From Candidatus Enterousia sp. (GTDB lineage Bacteria > Pseudomonadota > Alphaproteobacteria > Rs-D84), in NCBI GenBank assembly GCA_045613315.1, contig JAZLAV010000007.1:1785-65784 (forward strand): 64,000 nt of DNA, written 5' to 3'. A program made the position numbers and the translations under genes. Of the stretch, positions 35,407 to 45,042 are shown piece after piece (within the stretch, counting starts at the first letter, position 1; the number at the start of each line of letters is the position of its first letter). The notes beneath the pieces are model-generated. The model was given only the letters and a program-made list of their open reading frames with translations, was not told where the DNA came from and did not search any database.

Positions 35407-36660
35407 TTATTTGTCCGATGGGTTTGCAAATGAATAATTCATTTTCAAATGATCGGCATTGTATGTCCCGTTCATAATGGCCAATGTGTCTTCCAAAATA
35501 ACCAATTCTTCGTTGGTGGCAATCATAAACAGTTTTATACGGCTGTCGGTGGTGCTGATTTCTGCTTCGGCGACCCCTTTGCGACCAACCGCGGCGTCGT
35601 TTTTCGTGGTATCCAATTTGATTCCCATTGGTTCCAGGTTTTCCAAACAACGTTGACGGATATATGGATCGTTTTCACCACCGCCGGCGGTAAACACAAT
35701 TGCGTCAACATTACCGTCCAATGTTGCCATATATGCGCCAATCGTTTGGCGAACACTTAAAATCTGTTTTTCCAACGCCATACGGCATTTTTCGTCAGTT
35801 GACATATTGCCTTCGACATCGCGCAGGTCGGAAAATTTGCACATGCCCAACAGTCCCGATTCCTTGTTCAGGTGGGTTGTTGCCTGGGCCGAGGTCAGCC
35901 CCAATTTATCCATCGCATATAACACGGCGGACGTATCCAAATTGCCCGGGCGAGTTCCCATAACCAAACCGGTAATCGGTGTGAACCCCATGGATGTATC
36001 AAAACATTTACCGTTTTTAATTGCCGCGACCGATGCGCCCGAACCCAAATGCACGGTAATCAAATTGCATTCGGATGCCGGTTTGTTCAGCATAACCGCC
36101 GCGCGTTTGGAAACATACAGGTGTGATGTGCCATGATAACCGTATTTGCGGACTTTCAGTTGTGTATACCATGCTTCTGGCACAGCATAACGGAAAACGT
36201 GTTCCGGCATTGTTTGATGGAACGCGGTATCAAAAACCGCCACCTGTTTGGCGTTTGGCATCATTTGCAATGCGGTGTTTATGCCCGCCAACGCCGGTGG
36301 ATTGTGCAACGGTGCGATTTCTGCATATTCACTTATTTTGCGGACAACATCATCGGTAATTTCGCACGAAGACGTCAATTCCGCCCCACCCAGAAGAACG
36401 CGGTGCCCAACACCCCGAATTTCGTTGGTGTCGATGGACGCTTCGCGTAATAATTTCATAACTTCGCTTAATGCTTCGCCATGGTCGCGCATCGGAACGG
36501 TGCGTTCGACTTTGTGTCCGTCAGGATATTTTTGAGAAATTACCGAATCCGGCAATTTGATTTTTTCGGCCAAACCACTTAATACCACGTCCCGTGTGTC
36601 GGCGTCAAACAATTTGTATTTAAGCGATGAAGAACCGCAATTTAACGACAAAACATACAT
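35407..36660 (-). CDS. ackA: acetate kinase
   Basis: MYVLSLNCGSSSLKYKLF, HRVLLGG, YGYHGTSH and EELVI. The start is at the internal Met after AAAAGGAAAGCAA. Confidence 0.92.
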   Translation of the reverse strand: MYVLSLNCGSSSLKYKLFDADTRDVVLSGLAEKIKLPDSVISQKYPDGHKVERTVPMRDHGEALSEVMKLLREASIDTNEIRGVGHRVLLGGAELTSSCEITDDVVRKISEYAEIAPLHNPPALAGINTALQMMPNAKQVAVFDTAFHQTMPEHVFRYAVPEAWYTQLKVRKYGYHGTSHLYVSKRAAVMLNKPASECNLITVHLGSGASVAAIKNGKCFDTSMGFTPITGLVMGTRPGNLDTSAVLYAMDKLGLTSAQATTHLNKESGLLGMCKFSDLRDVEGNMSTDEKCRMALEKQILSVRQTIGAYMATLDGNVDAIVFTAGGGENDPYIRQRCLENLEPMGIKLDTTKNDAAVGRKGVAEAEISTTDSRIKLFMIATNEELVILEDTLAIMNGTYNADHLKMNYSFANPSDK

Positions 36661-36722
36661 TTGCTTTCCTTTTTTATATTTATTTACGACGCGGTCCAGG
36701 TTAGCACCAGTTGTTTTCATTT

Positions 36723-37295
36723 TCAACAATAAATGCGGATTTTTAACCGCCATTCATCATTGGCGACATTTGTTTTTACCCCTGTTGATTTGTGAACCAC
36801 CCAAAACGTCCCGCCACCAATGAAAAGTCGCATATGTAATCCATTGTCGTCGATATATGTGTAATACATTGGGCGTGTATATTCGCCAATGCCGAATGCG
36901 GTTACTTCGTCGCCGGCGGCATATCCTGCGGCATCGGTTTGGCATACCAAAATCGGTCGAATAATAACCGGGTCTGTTGTTATGTTGTCAAAAACATATT
37001 CTGCGTATGCGGTGCCATGTATGGTGACGGGAGTACTGGTATATTCATTGAAAGGGGCGGGGGCAACGCGCGTAACAATTTCCGCCCATTTTGTATCCGA
37101 TACGGAATCGATATCAAAAGGTGTTGTGGTATCTGGTATTTCATCGGCGCGCGCCAACGCGACCCCACCCAGTGTTGCACCATCGTGGACACGAATTGTT
37201 TTTGCAGTTGTATCATAGGTTATTTCACCGACCAATCCGGTAAAATTATCGTTTTGTGCGCCTGTGCCGCGCCGAATTTGTAAAACTCGTGACAT
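36723..37295 (-). CDS. phage tail-fibre / receptor-binding protein with an Mtd-N-type N-terminal domain
   Basis: MSRVLQIRRGTGAQNDNFTGLVGEITYDTTAKTIRVHDGATLGG followed by a beta-rich domain of about 145 aa. It is a paralogue of 30871..31125. Confidence 0.6.
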   Translation of the reverse strand: MSRVLQIRRGTGAQNDNFTGLVGEITYDTTAKTIRVHDGATLGGVALARADEIPDTTTPFDIDSVSDTKWAEIVTRVAPAPFNEYTSTPVTIHGTAYAEYVFDNITTDPVIIRPILVCQTDAAGYAAGDEVTAFGIGEYTRPMYYTYIDDNGLHMRLFIGGGTFWVVHKSTGVKTNVANDEWRLKIRIYC

Positions 37296-37338
37296 ATGTT
37301 ATCCTTTGGTTTAACAAGGTTTGATTAAATGTTTGGAA

Positions 37339-37407
37339 ATAAAAAATGGCGCCGAACAATCGGTGCCAAAGTGGTTGCATTATACCATAAAATCAGGTAA
37401 AAATCAA
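37339..37407 (-). promoter_or_regulatory. promoter followed by a terminator-like leader hairpin, upstream of the fibre gene
   Basis: On the minus strand: TTGATT (37407-37402), 17-nt spacer, TATAAT (37384-37379), then GGCACCGA-TTGT-TCGGCGCC (37367-37348) followed by ATTTTTTATTT. Confidence 0.55.
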
Positions 37408-39788
37408 GCGGCATATGAATAACCGGATAAATAATCGTTGATGATTGTGCACCGTTGGGAATTAAATGCCCCCTGGGCCGATTTTTTACTGCGTGGCAAC
37501 CAATTATACATTTGCCCCATGTGTGAATCGCGTCCGGTTTCCAACATGTCCCAATATGCCATCAGTTCCCTGTATTTGTCCTGGTGTTTTTGGTCCCATT
37601 GGGCCAGTTCGTTATTCAGTTTTGTTTTGTGTTGATTTAATTCCTGGATTCGTTCGGATGCGTCGTGCCATTGTTGCAGTTCTTGGGCCTGGGAATCGGC
37701 GTTGCGTTTGTCGGTTTCGTATTGGGTAACCATATTTTGTTGCGTGGCCCAGTTTGGTGACGTTGTTATGGCGTTCAATTCGTTTGTATAATTGTTCAAA
37801 TTGGCCGTCGCATCATTTAATTGTTGCGTTATTTCCTGGATTTGTGTCCAAATTTCAACCTGGCGCGCATTTCTTGCCGCCGGTGGCATACCATTATATG
37901 TGGCGGGATTACGAAGGGCCTGTTCCAAACTATTTTTTTCGGTTTGTAATGTTGTTATATCATTATGCAATTGCGGTAATGTGTGATTGTTAAGTTCGTC
38001 GAACCGTTGCACATTTGTATTTGCCGTTTGGAAAGCAGGGTCGTTGGCGGTGTTAGCCAATTGTTGTTGGATTCGATCATTCCCAGATTTTAATGTCCCG
38101 TAATTCGCATCGGTAATCGGATTGGTGCGGGTTTGATTTATATTTACCTGGATATTGCGTTGGTTTGTGATTTCAGTATTTGCATTGGTGATTTCGGTAT
38201 TCACATACCGTTCATAATTTGCGCGGTCCGTGGTATTTTGTGTTGCCCATGCATTTTGTGCGCTGGCAATGCGGCCACGTTGACCATTAAATTTGCTGCC
38301 CGACAAACGAATTTCGTTACCAATAATTGTGATGCCGTACCCGATGCCCATAAATGCGGCCTTGATACTTTTGTCCAAAGCGTTGCTGACAAATTGAACA
38401 CCCTGGTTTTTGTTCCACGACAATTTGCCGTCTGAAAACAGTGTTATATCCGATTTGGCCATTGCATCCATTGTTTTGCTGGTGGTGGCGCCATATTTTA
38501 TGACGGATAACACTTCCATTGTGGTTTTGGCTTCGTCTATTTTGCCTTCGCGAACCGCCTTCATAATAATTTCGCCAACAATGGCACGCATTTGACGACC
38601 GTTTTGTAACGCGCCGGCGAATGCCCGTTTCATTGTGCCCGCCATTTCGTTCAGTGTCTTTTCAAACCATTCGAAATGTTTGGTTGCCGTTGGCGATTTA
38701 TATAATAAACTTTTTTTGATATCCGCGGATTTATCCAAAACCCCCTTGATACCATCGGTTGGTTTAATCTTGGCACTGTTGATGGCGCCGACGATGTTTT
38801 CGGCGTTTTTGGAAAAGTACAGGCGATCGCCGTGGAATTTAAGATATTTATCCAATAAATTATCGTATGTGTCATCCGCCCATTTTGATATCTGTTGCCA
38901 TGGGGTTAATTCGTCGTAGCGTTTCGGCGGGACATAATCATCGCTGTTTTTATCATCGTATTTTAATTTTTCGCGTGCGGCGGTTATGCGTCCCGATATT
39001 TTGCCGTCGTCATAGTTTCTGAATACATTAAAAATCTTGTCCTTTTTATACAGGACATTAAGCATCGTTTGGTGGTTGCGTTTAAAATTGTCCAACTTTG
39101 TCGGGTCAATGGTGGTGTCGGCAAATGCGTTGTTCGCAATATCCGACAGGTCTATTCCACTAAACCATCCCGCAACCGTGGGATCTTCGGTGCATTTCCA
39201 CGACAAAAAACCGATAATTTGTATCAGTTGCGCCTGAAACTTGGGGTCTGAATTATATTTTTTGGACCGCAATCCAGATTTTAAATCAGAAAACGATGGT
39301 TCGTTGTATCCGCCCTGGCGCAGGACGTATTCTAATTGCGAATTGGCACCCAACACATTGTTTATGGCGTCCAGTTGTGTGTCGTATCCGGGGGCAACCT
39401 GGGCGTTGGAAAAAAGATGTGTCGCGGACGCACCAAAATATTCGTTGATAAAACCACGGGCATCATCATTTATTTCTTCGTCGCCACGCGCCAATGACGC
39501 AGCCATGCCACGTAATGCCTTTTGATATGCCTTGAAAAGCTTTGCCCATTCGTCGTCGGTTAAATGATAATTCCCGTTGGGGTCCATTGGGTCGGGCAAA
39601 TCGTTCTGGACGTATCGGCCGGTCCCGTCGTCGTGCATAAGTTTTTTCTTCCAATCCTTCATGTTGCCACGAAAATCGTCAGATTTTACATATACATCAT
39701 ATTGGGCGCGAATTTCAGCCGGCATCGCGTTGAAACGCAGCTGCATATAATATTGCAATAAAAAATCTTTCATACCGACGTCTGCCAT
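37404..39788 (-). CDS. large (794 aa) protein with a Q/N-rich coiled-coil C-terminal half, function unknown (candidate secreted effector)
   Basis: No signal peptide or TM. An internal short repeat NTEITNANTEITNQ. Long heptad-like Q/N/T-rich stretch. No family recognised. Confidence 0.6.
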   Translation of the reverse strand: MADVGMKDFLLQYYMQLRFNAMPAEIRAQYDVYVKSDDFRGNMKDWKKKLMHDDGTGRYVQNDLPDPMDPNGNYHLTDDEWAKLFKAYQKALRGMAASLARGDEEINDDARGFINEYFGASATHLFSNAQVAPGYDTQLDAINNVLGANSQLEYVLRQGGYNEPSFSDLKSGLRSKKYNSDPKFQAQLIQIIGFLSWKCTEDPTVAGWFSGIDLSDIANNAFADTTIDPTKLDNFKRNHQTMLNVLYKKDKIFNVFRNYDDGKISGRITAAREKLKYDDKNSDDYVPPKRYDELTPWQQISKWADDTYDNLLDKYLKFHGDRLYFSKNAENIVGAINSAKIKPTDGIKGVLDKSADIKKSLLYKSPTATKHFEWFEKTLNEMAGTMKRAFAGALQNGRQMRAIVGEIIMKAVREGKIDEAKTTMEVLSVIKYGATTSKTMDAMAKSDITLFSDGKLSWNKNQGVQFVSNALDKSIKAAFMGIGYGITIIGNEIRLSGSKFNGQRGRIASAQNAWATQNTTDRANYERYVNTEITNANTEITNQRNIQVNINQTRTNPITDANYGTLKSGNDRIQQQLANTANDPAFQTANTNVQRFDELNNHTLPQLHNDITTLQTEKNSLEQALRNPATYNGMPPAARNARQVEIWTQIQEITQQLNDATANLNNYTNELNAITTSPNWATQQNMVTQYETDKRNADSQAQELQQWHDASERIQELNQHKTKLNNELAQWDQKHQDKYRELMAYWDMLETGRDSHMGQMYNWLPRSKKSAQGAFNSQRCTIINDYLSGYSYAA

Positions 39789-39914
39789 GTGAACCCCCGT
39801 AATATATTACTATATTATAATGCTTTTTATGCCATTTTTCAACTTTTTACGATATAAAAATATGGGGGTTTTGTTCCTGTATCTTTGTTGGGGTGGCGGA
39901 TATAATATGGTGGT

Positions 39915-40592
39915 ATGAAAATAAAATACCGTAATTTATTGCTTAAAACCGTTCCGTATGTGTTGTCGATTGCCGGGGGAATCACAATATACATTATATG
40001 TGCGGACAATGTTCATAACCCAAACATGGCGGATTTGATAAATAATATATCTGCGTCGCTGTTGGCGATACCAGTGGTGTTTTTGCTGTATGATTATTCT
40101 AATTCGCGAATTTCGCGCCAAATGTCCCGGGATATGCAGAAAACTATGTCGGACAAAGTGAATATTATAATGTTTAATATAATTATGTTGTTGCGACAAA
40201 TGATGTCTGTGCGTGGGAAATTAACATTAAATGGGATGAATAAAATGCTGGGGTGGGATGTGGCAAAAATACGAGTGCGATTGGCCATGCGGCCCGTGCA
40301 CATTACCCAGATGCACGAATACCATAAAATGCTGGATGATTTTGTATATCGGGCATCCAACGCCCAGGTTTTTTCCGCAGAACAGTTGCATTTGTTGTCG
40401 GATATCGCACACGAAATGATGCGGATGACCAACACATACAAATTTCGTCGTGATACCAATATTGCGGCCAAGCATCTGGCAATAATAATGGAGAAAATAA
40501 TGGATTGGATGGATTCGGATCGTTTTTCAGAAATGTATATGACCAAAAATATGGAAATGTGGCAATCGGCCGGTGAAGTGGGGGCAAAGTGA
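39915..40592 (+). CDS. membrane protein (2 N-terminal TM) with a helical cytoplasmic domain
   Basis: TM segments VPYVLSIAGGITIYIIC and ISASLLAIPVVFLLY. No family recognised. Confidence 0.5.
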   Translation: MKIKYRNLLLKTVPYVLSIAGGITIYIICADNVHNPNMADLINNISASLLAIPVVFLLYDYSNSRISRQMSRDMQKTMSDKVNIIMFNIIMLLRQMMSVRGKLTLNGMNKMLGWDVAKIRVRLAMRPVHITQMHEYHKMLDDFVYRASNAQVFSAEQLHLLSDIAHEMMRMTNTYKFRRDTNIAAKHLAIIMEKIMDWMDSDRFSEMYMTKNMEMWQSAGEVGAK

Positions 40593-40694
40593 TTTTTTGC
40601 GATTTTTTCTTGCATTTTGATTTTATTTGTGTCAAAATTTGCGCCGAACCACCGAAATAGAATACATTTGTATCGATTTTCGGGGTCCGGTTTT

Positions 40695-40771
40695 GGGACC
40701 ATAGCTCAGTTGGCTAGAGCAACTGACTTTTAATCAGTGGGTCCAGGGTTCAAGTCCCTGTGGTCCCACCA
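40695..40771 (+). tRNA. tRNA-Lys (anticodon UUU)
   Basis: GGGACCATAGCTCAGTTGGCTAGAGCAACTGACTTTTAATCAGTGGGTCCAGGGTTCAAGTCCCTGTGGTCCCACCA folds as a cloverleaf with a CTTTTAA anticodon loop and encoded CCA. A terminator hairpin TGTACGCCCG...CGGGCGTACA follows. Confidence 0.93.
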
Positions 40772-40964
40772 CGAAAACTGTACGCCCGTGCGAATTTTTG
40801 TGCGGGCGTACAATTCAAAATAGCACACCGAACTGTATAATATGGTGTGTGGCGGGCGATTTAATACCGTCGTATACGGTATTTTTTTTGCCCGTTTTTT
40901 ATGAAACAGATTATAACGATTTTTTATACTGAATATTTAAACAAAAGACAAGGTGGGAAAAATA

Positions 40965-42218
40965 ATGAAAACTTTTCAGAAAATTGCGTTGATGGCGGGA
41001 TTGGGCGCGGTGGCGTATGTGTCGTTGGGGCCGAATAAAATAGGTGAGCAAAATGCGTCGGATACAAAAACAACAAAATGGGAAATTCGTATCAAACAAA
41101 ACGCCGATCGTGAAGAAGAAAGAAAACGTGTCGCAGAAGAAGAAAGATTGTTTTTATTTGCTAAACGTGATTCGTTGTTGGACACAATGGGATACAAATT
41201 CGTAAGAAATGGTTCCTTTGACAGGAAAGAAGCCGACAGGTTGTCGGGTATGACACAAATGGACCTTATGTGTGAAATGGTTGATACACTGGTTGCCCAT
41301 AAAACACAGCAATATGCGACCATGATTACGAATTTACTTAATGAGTACGGATTGAATTTTTCCCAAGATGAACATCAAAACGCGTCACCAAATGCGATTT
41401 TGGCCGGCCTTTGTGCACGGCAATATGGCGAAAATTGCGGCAAAGATATCGCAGATATCAAATTGCCACGCGAAATGTTCGATGCCGGGTTTGATTGGGG
41501 CAAATATAACAATGCCATGCAAAGTAAAATCAAGGATGCTGTTTTGGGGGTGTTAATACGCATGGACCAAGATATCGATAAATCAATACCGGATGTCATA
41601 AGAAAATTTGCCAAATATTATCCTGCGTTGGATTTAAGCCGGGTCTCGGCTAAGTATGCCCAATATTGTCTGAAGCTGAAACCATATTCGTGGGAAAAAT
41701 ATTCGGGAACCAGCGAAATGCATTTAAATGCACGTGCGTTAAATGGTGATTTGGTTGTCGGGCGTCGTGTTCGTGTTTATGATTCCCGGTTAACAATGGA
41801 CTTCTTTGGTAAAAATGCCACGTATAAATTGGTCAAAATTGCCAATAATAAATGGCAGGTTGTTCGTAAAGATAAAAACGGTAATGTCGCAAAAACCGAT
41901 GTGTTTGCGCATACAACGGATTACGAAATGTATGCCACGGCACATAAAGGTGCGCCAACCAATTCCAGTTTTGTGGTGGAACCCGGGATTCACAAGGGGG
42001 TGGCAATTTGGGCAAACGATGTTCTTTTTGTGCAATCGCGCCAGGTTTTGGATGATGCGTATCCGGACCCAAATGGTATAATTGCGTCCCGGATTGATTC
42101 ACTGCGCTTGGAAGCATTCGCCAAAGATGCGGAATATAACAAAATGAACGCCATATACAATCGTGCAGATTCATTGGCGCAAATCGCATTGTACCGGTAT
42201 AGACAAAATCGCAAGTAA
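40965..42218 (+). CDS. hypothetical exported or membrane-anchored protein (417 aa)
   Basis: N-terminal hydrophobic MKTFQKIALMAGLGAVAYVSLG. RBS is AAGGTGGGAAAAATA. No family recognised. Confidence 0.55.
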   Translation: MKTFQKIALMAGLGAVAYVSLGPNKIGEQNASDTKTTKWEIRIKQNADREEERKRVAEEERLFLFAKRDSLLDTMGYKFVRNGSFDRKEADRLSGMTQMDLMCEMVDTLVAHKTQQYATMITNLLNEYGLNFSQDEHQNASPNAILAGLCARQYGENCGKDIADIKLPREMFDAGFDWGKYNNAMQSKIKDAVLGVLIRMDQDIDKSIPDVIRKFAKYYPALDLSRVSAKYAQYCLKLKPYSWEKYSGTSEMHLNARALNGDLVVGRRVRVYDSRLTMDFFGKNATYKLVKIANNKWQVVRKDKNGNVAKTDVFAHTTDYEMYATAHKGAPTNSSFVVEPGIHKGVAIWANDVLFVQSRQVLDDAYPDPNGIIASRIDSLRLEAFAKDAEYNKMNAIYNRADSLAQIALYRYRQNRK

Positions 42219-42265
42219 ACAAATGGCCGTGTTTGCGGCCATTTGTTTTTGATTTTTGAATCGTT

Positions 42266-42994
42266 ATGAATTATGATTTGTCTATGTCACAATACATTGA
42301 TGCACATTGCCATATCTTGACCAATTCCGAAATGCGGACCGCGCACGCGCGTGGGGTGTGGCGGTTTATTGTAAATGCGACCCGTCCGGCGGATTGGGGC
42401 GCGGTTGTGGAATTGGCGCGACGTGATGATGTTGTGGGTGCAATTGGTGTGCATCCGTGGTATGTGTCCAAAATATCGGATGGCTGGGATGTCGATTTGA
42501 TAAATTTATTGGTCGCAAATCCCGATTTAATGGTGGGCGAAATCGGGTTGGATAAAAACAGGCCCGATATGGAATTACAGGTGTCTGTATTTTGTCGTCA
42601 AATGCAAATCGCACACGATTTGCACCGTGTGGCGCACGTTCATTGTGTTGGGGCGTGGGGGAAAATGTTGGATGTTTTGCGGGGCATTGAATTGCCCCCG
42701 GCGATTGTATTTCACGCATTTTCGGGTGCGGTCGAATTTGTGCCTGAATTGGTCGAAATGGGGGCGTATTTTTCATTTGGTGTCGGCATTTCTAACAATG
42801 CGCGGGTACGGTTGCACGGTGCGGTGCGCACGGTACCGGTGGCGCGAATACTGGTCGAAAGTGATGCGCCCGATATGGTAATGCCGGATACAATACCGGA
42901 TACAGTTGCAAAGATTGCCGAATTTCGCGGGTGTAATGCGGGATATTTGGCGAACATTATTTACAATAACACAATGGGGTTAATAAATGGATGA
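42266..42994 (+). CDS. tatD: TatD-family metal-dependent hydrolase
   Basis: YIDAHCHI, GEIGLD, VHCV, FHAFSG and ESDAPD motifs. Confidence 0.8.
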   Translation: MNYDLSMSQYIDAHCHILTNSEMRTAHARGVWRFIVNATRPADWGAVVELARRDDVVGAIGVHPWYVSKISDGWDVDLINLLVANPDLMVGEIGLDKNRPDMELQVSVFCRQMQIAHDLHRVAHVHCVGAWGKMLDVLRGIELPPAIVFHAFSGAVEFVPELVEMGAYFSFGVGISNNARVRLHGAVRTVPVARILVESDAPDMVMPDTIPDTVAKIAEFRGCNAGYLANIIYNNTMGLING

Positions 42995-43670
42995 ACGGTT
43001 TATGCGGATTCGTGCGCTGTTGGGGGATGCGGCGATGGAAAAATTGCACAGAGCAACGGTTATGATTGTGGGGTGTGGTGCGGTCGGTTCATTCGCGACA
43101 GAGGCATTGGCCCGCAGTGGCATTGGTAATCTTGTCTTGGTTGATTTTGACACAGTTGAAAAATCAAATATAAATCGGCAGTTGTTCGCACTGGATTCAA
43201 CGATTGGTATGCCCAAAGTGGATGTTGCGCGCAATCGGATTCACGATATAAACCCCGATGCAAATGTGGTTCCGATAAGGGTGTTCTTTGACGAAAATAC
43301 CGACATTAATATCCGACCCGATTTTGTGGTTGATGCAATCGATACGGTTGATTCAAAAATCGCGCTTTACAAATGGTGTGTGGCGCGCAATATCCCGTTT
43401 GTGGCCAGTATGGGCGCGGCACTGAAAAGTGATACATCACAAATAATGTCGGGTCGCATTTATAAAACAGCGGTTTGTCCATTGGCGGCGCGTGTGCGCA
43501 AAATGGCGCGTGATGCGGGATTACCCGATTTTCCGGTTGTTTATTCGACCGAATCCCCAAAAAAATCGGCCGCCACAGCCGGCCGTGTGTTTGGTTCGAT
43601 TGTCACAATAACCGGGGCGTTCGGATTACGTGTCGCAGATATGGTGATACATGAATTGGTTGTTTCATAA
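42987..43670 (+). CDS. tcdA: tRNA threonylcarbamoyladenosine dehydratase (ThiF/MoeB-like, TcdA/CsdL)
   Basis: VMIVGCGAVGSFATEALARSGIGNLVLVDFDTVEKSNINRQ, then DAIDTVDSKIAL. It overlaps tatD by 8 nt. Confidence 0.75.
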   Translation: MDERFMRIRALLGDAAMEKLHRATVMIVGCGAVGSFATEALARSGIGNLVLVDFDTVEKSNINRQLFALDSTIGMPKVDVARNRIHDINPDANVVPIRVFFDENTDINIRPDFVVDAIDTVDSKIALYKWCVARNIPFVASMGAALKSDTSQIMSGRIYKTAVCPLAARVRKMARDAGLPDFPVVYSTESPKKSAATAGRVFGSIVTITGAFGLRVADMVIHELVVS

Positions 43671-43699
43671 ACGATAAAAATCTGATACAATCATATCCC

Positions 43700-44626
43700 A
43701 TGATGGTGAATATATTTTTTTTGATTTTGGGTTTTGTTTTATTAACCCGTGGGGCCGATGTCTTTGTTGATGGTGCAGCGGCGATTTCGCGACGCCTGCA
43801 TATTCCGGAAATAATAATTGGATTAACGGTTGTTGCCATGGGAACCAGTGCGCCCGAAGCCGCCATCAGCATCCAGGGCGCATTGCGTGACGCGTCGGGA
43901 ATATCCATCGGCAACATAATCGGCAGTAATATTGCCAACATTTTACTTATATTGGGTGTGGCGGCATGTATATCGACATTGCGGGTTGGTCGCAATACAT
44001 TGCGGTATGAAATGCCGTTTATGGTGTTCATAACGTGTGTATTGGGAATTGTTGGCGCAAATTTTGGCGAAATTAACCGTGTCGGCGCGGCGATATTGTT
44101 CGGATTGTTTATTGTATTTTTGGGGTATTTGTTCGCAACGACCACACCAGATGCGTCGGACGGCCAAATCGAAAAAATATCTGGGGTTCATATTGTTGTA
44201 ATGATTGTGGCGGGGCTGGCCGCACTTGTTATTGGCAGTAATATGATAATAGAATCCGCAACGGAAATCGCGTTGTGTCTCGGCGTTTCGGAACGCACGG
44301 TCGGATTAAGTATTGTGGCATTTGGCACAAGTTTGCCAGAATTATCAACATGTGTTTCCGCGGCTATAAAGAAAAAATCAGATTTGGTAATCGGAAATAT
44401 TATAGGTTCCAACATATTTAATATTTTGTTTGTGTTGGGAATTGCGGGTATGGTTGAAACGATACCATTTGATTCCCGGTTTGTTGGCGACACAATGTTC
44501 GCGATTTTGATGGCCATAATGTTGTGGGTGGCATCTATGGGCAAAAAACACGAATTGGGTCGATTTACGGGTGTTTTGTTTGTTGTATTGTATGTGATTT
44601 ACATCGTATATATTATTGTGATGTAA
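43700..44626 (+). CDS. CaCA-family cation/Ca2+ antiporter (YrbG-like)
   Basis: Two alpha-repeats, GNIIGSNIANILLILG and GNIIGSNIFNILFVLG. Polytopic. Confidence 0.8.
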   Translation: MMVNIFFLILGFVLLTRGADVFVDGAAAISRRLHIPEIIIGLTVVAMGTSAPEAAISIQGALRDASGISIGNIIGSNIANILLILGVAACISTLRVGRNTLRYEMPFMVFITCVLGIVGANFGEINRVGAAILFGLFIVFLGYLFATTTPDASDGQIEKISGVHIVVMIVAGLAALVIGSNMIIESATEIALCLGVSERTVGLSIVAFGTSLPELSTCVSAAIKKKSDLVIGNIIGSNIFNILFVLGIAGMVETIPFDSRFVGDTMFAILMAIMLWVASMGKKHELGRFTGVLFVVLYVIYIVYIIVM

Positions 44627-44775
44627 ATGTGGCAATTTGTTCGCGGTTTTTATATGGCGATTCCCAACAAGAACCTTTTCCTAAATGCCGTATTATGTTT
44701 GCGTGTGATATAAAAAGCGGTTATAATGTTTGGGTCCATTATGGACAAATACAAACCTTGAAAGGAGAAAAACAG

Positions 44776-44985
44776 ATGAGAGGATTTAATCATTACGTTC
44801 TTGTTCCATTGATGTTCATCGGGGCGCTTAACTGGGGGCTGGTTGGAATCTTTGGATTTGATTTAGTGGCATTTTTGTTCGGGCCGGCAACATTACTGAC
44901 GAACATTGTATACGCCATTATCGGAATCGCCGCAATTTCGTGGTTGATTATTGGTTCAATCGATCGTCCAACAAATGCACGATAA
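44776..44985 (+). CDS. DUF378-family small membrane protein
   Basis: RBS GAAAGGAGAAAAACAG. GALNWGLVGIFGFDLVAFLFG is the DUF378 signature. Confidence 0.7.
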   Translation: MRGFNHYVLVPLMFIGALNWGLVGIFGFDLVAFLFGPATLLTNIVYAIIGIAAISWLIIGSIDRPTNAR

Positions 44986-45042
44986 AAACTAAATGCAAAA
45001 TGTTTTCATGTCAATCGCCCCATATTGATATGAGGGCGTTTT

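Noticed and set aside
30871-37295. Diversity-generating retroelement, suggested by the Mtd-N-type domains
   Set aside because: No reverse transcriptase ORF (no YxDD-containing candidate) is present anywhere in the window. I could not find a template/variable repeat pair at the 3' ends of the fibre genes. Only the N-terminal domains are shared.
40695-40771. tRNA-Lys as the integration site of an island
   Set aside because: There is no integrase next to it. I found no direct repeat of the tRNA 3' end downstream. The following genes (tatD, tcdA, antiporter) look like core genes with host-like composition.
43603-44544. Minus-strand ORFs (180 and 118 aa) inside the CaCA antiporter gene
   Set aside because: They are antisense to a polytopic transporter with both alpha-repeat signatures.
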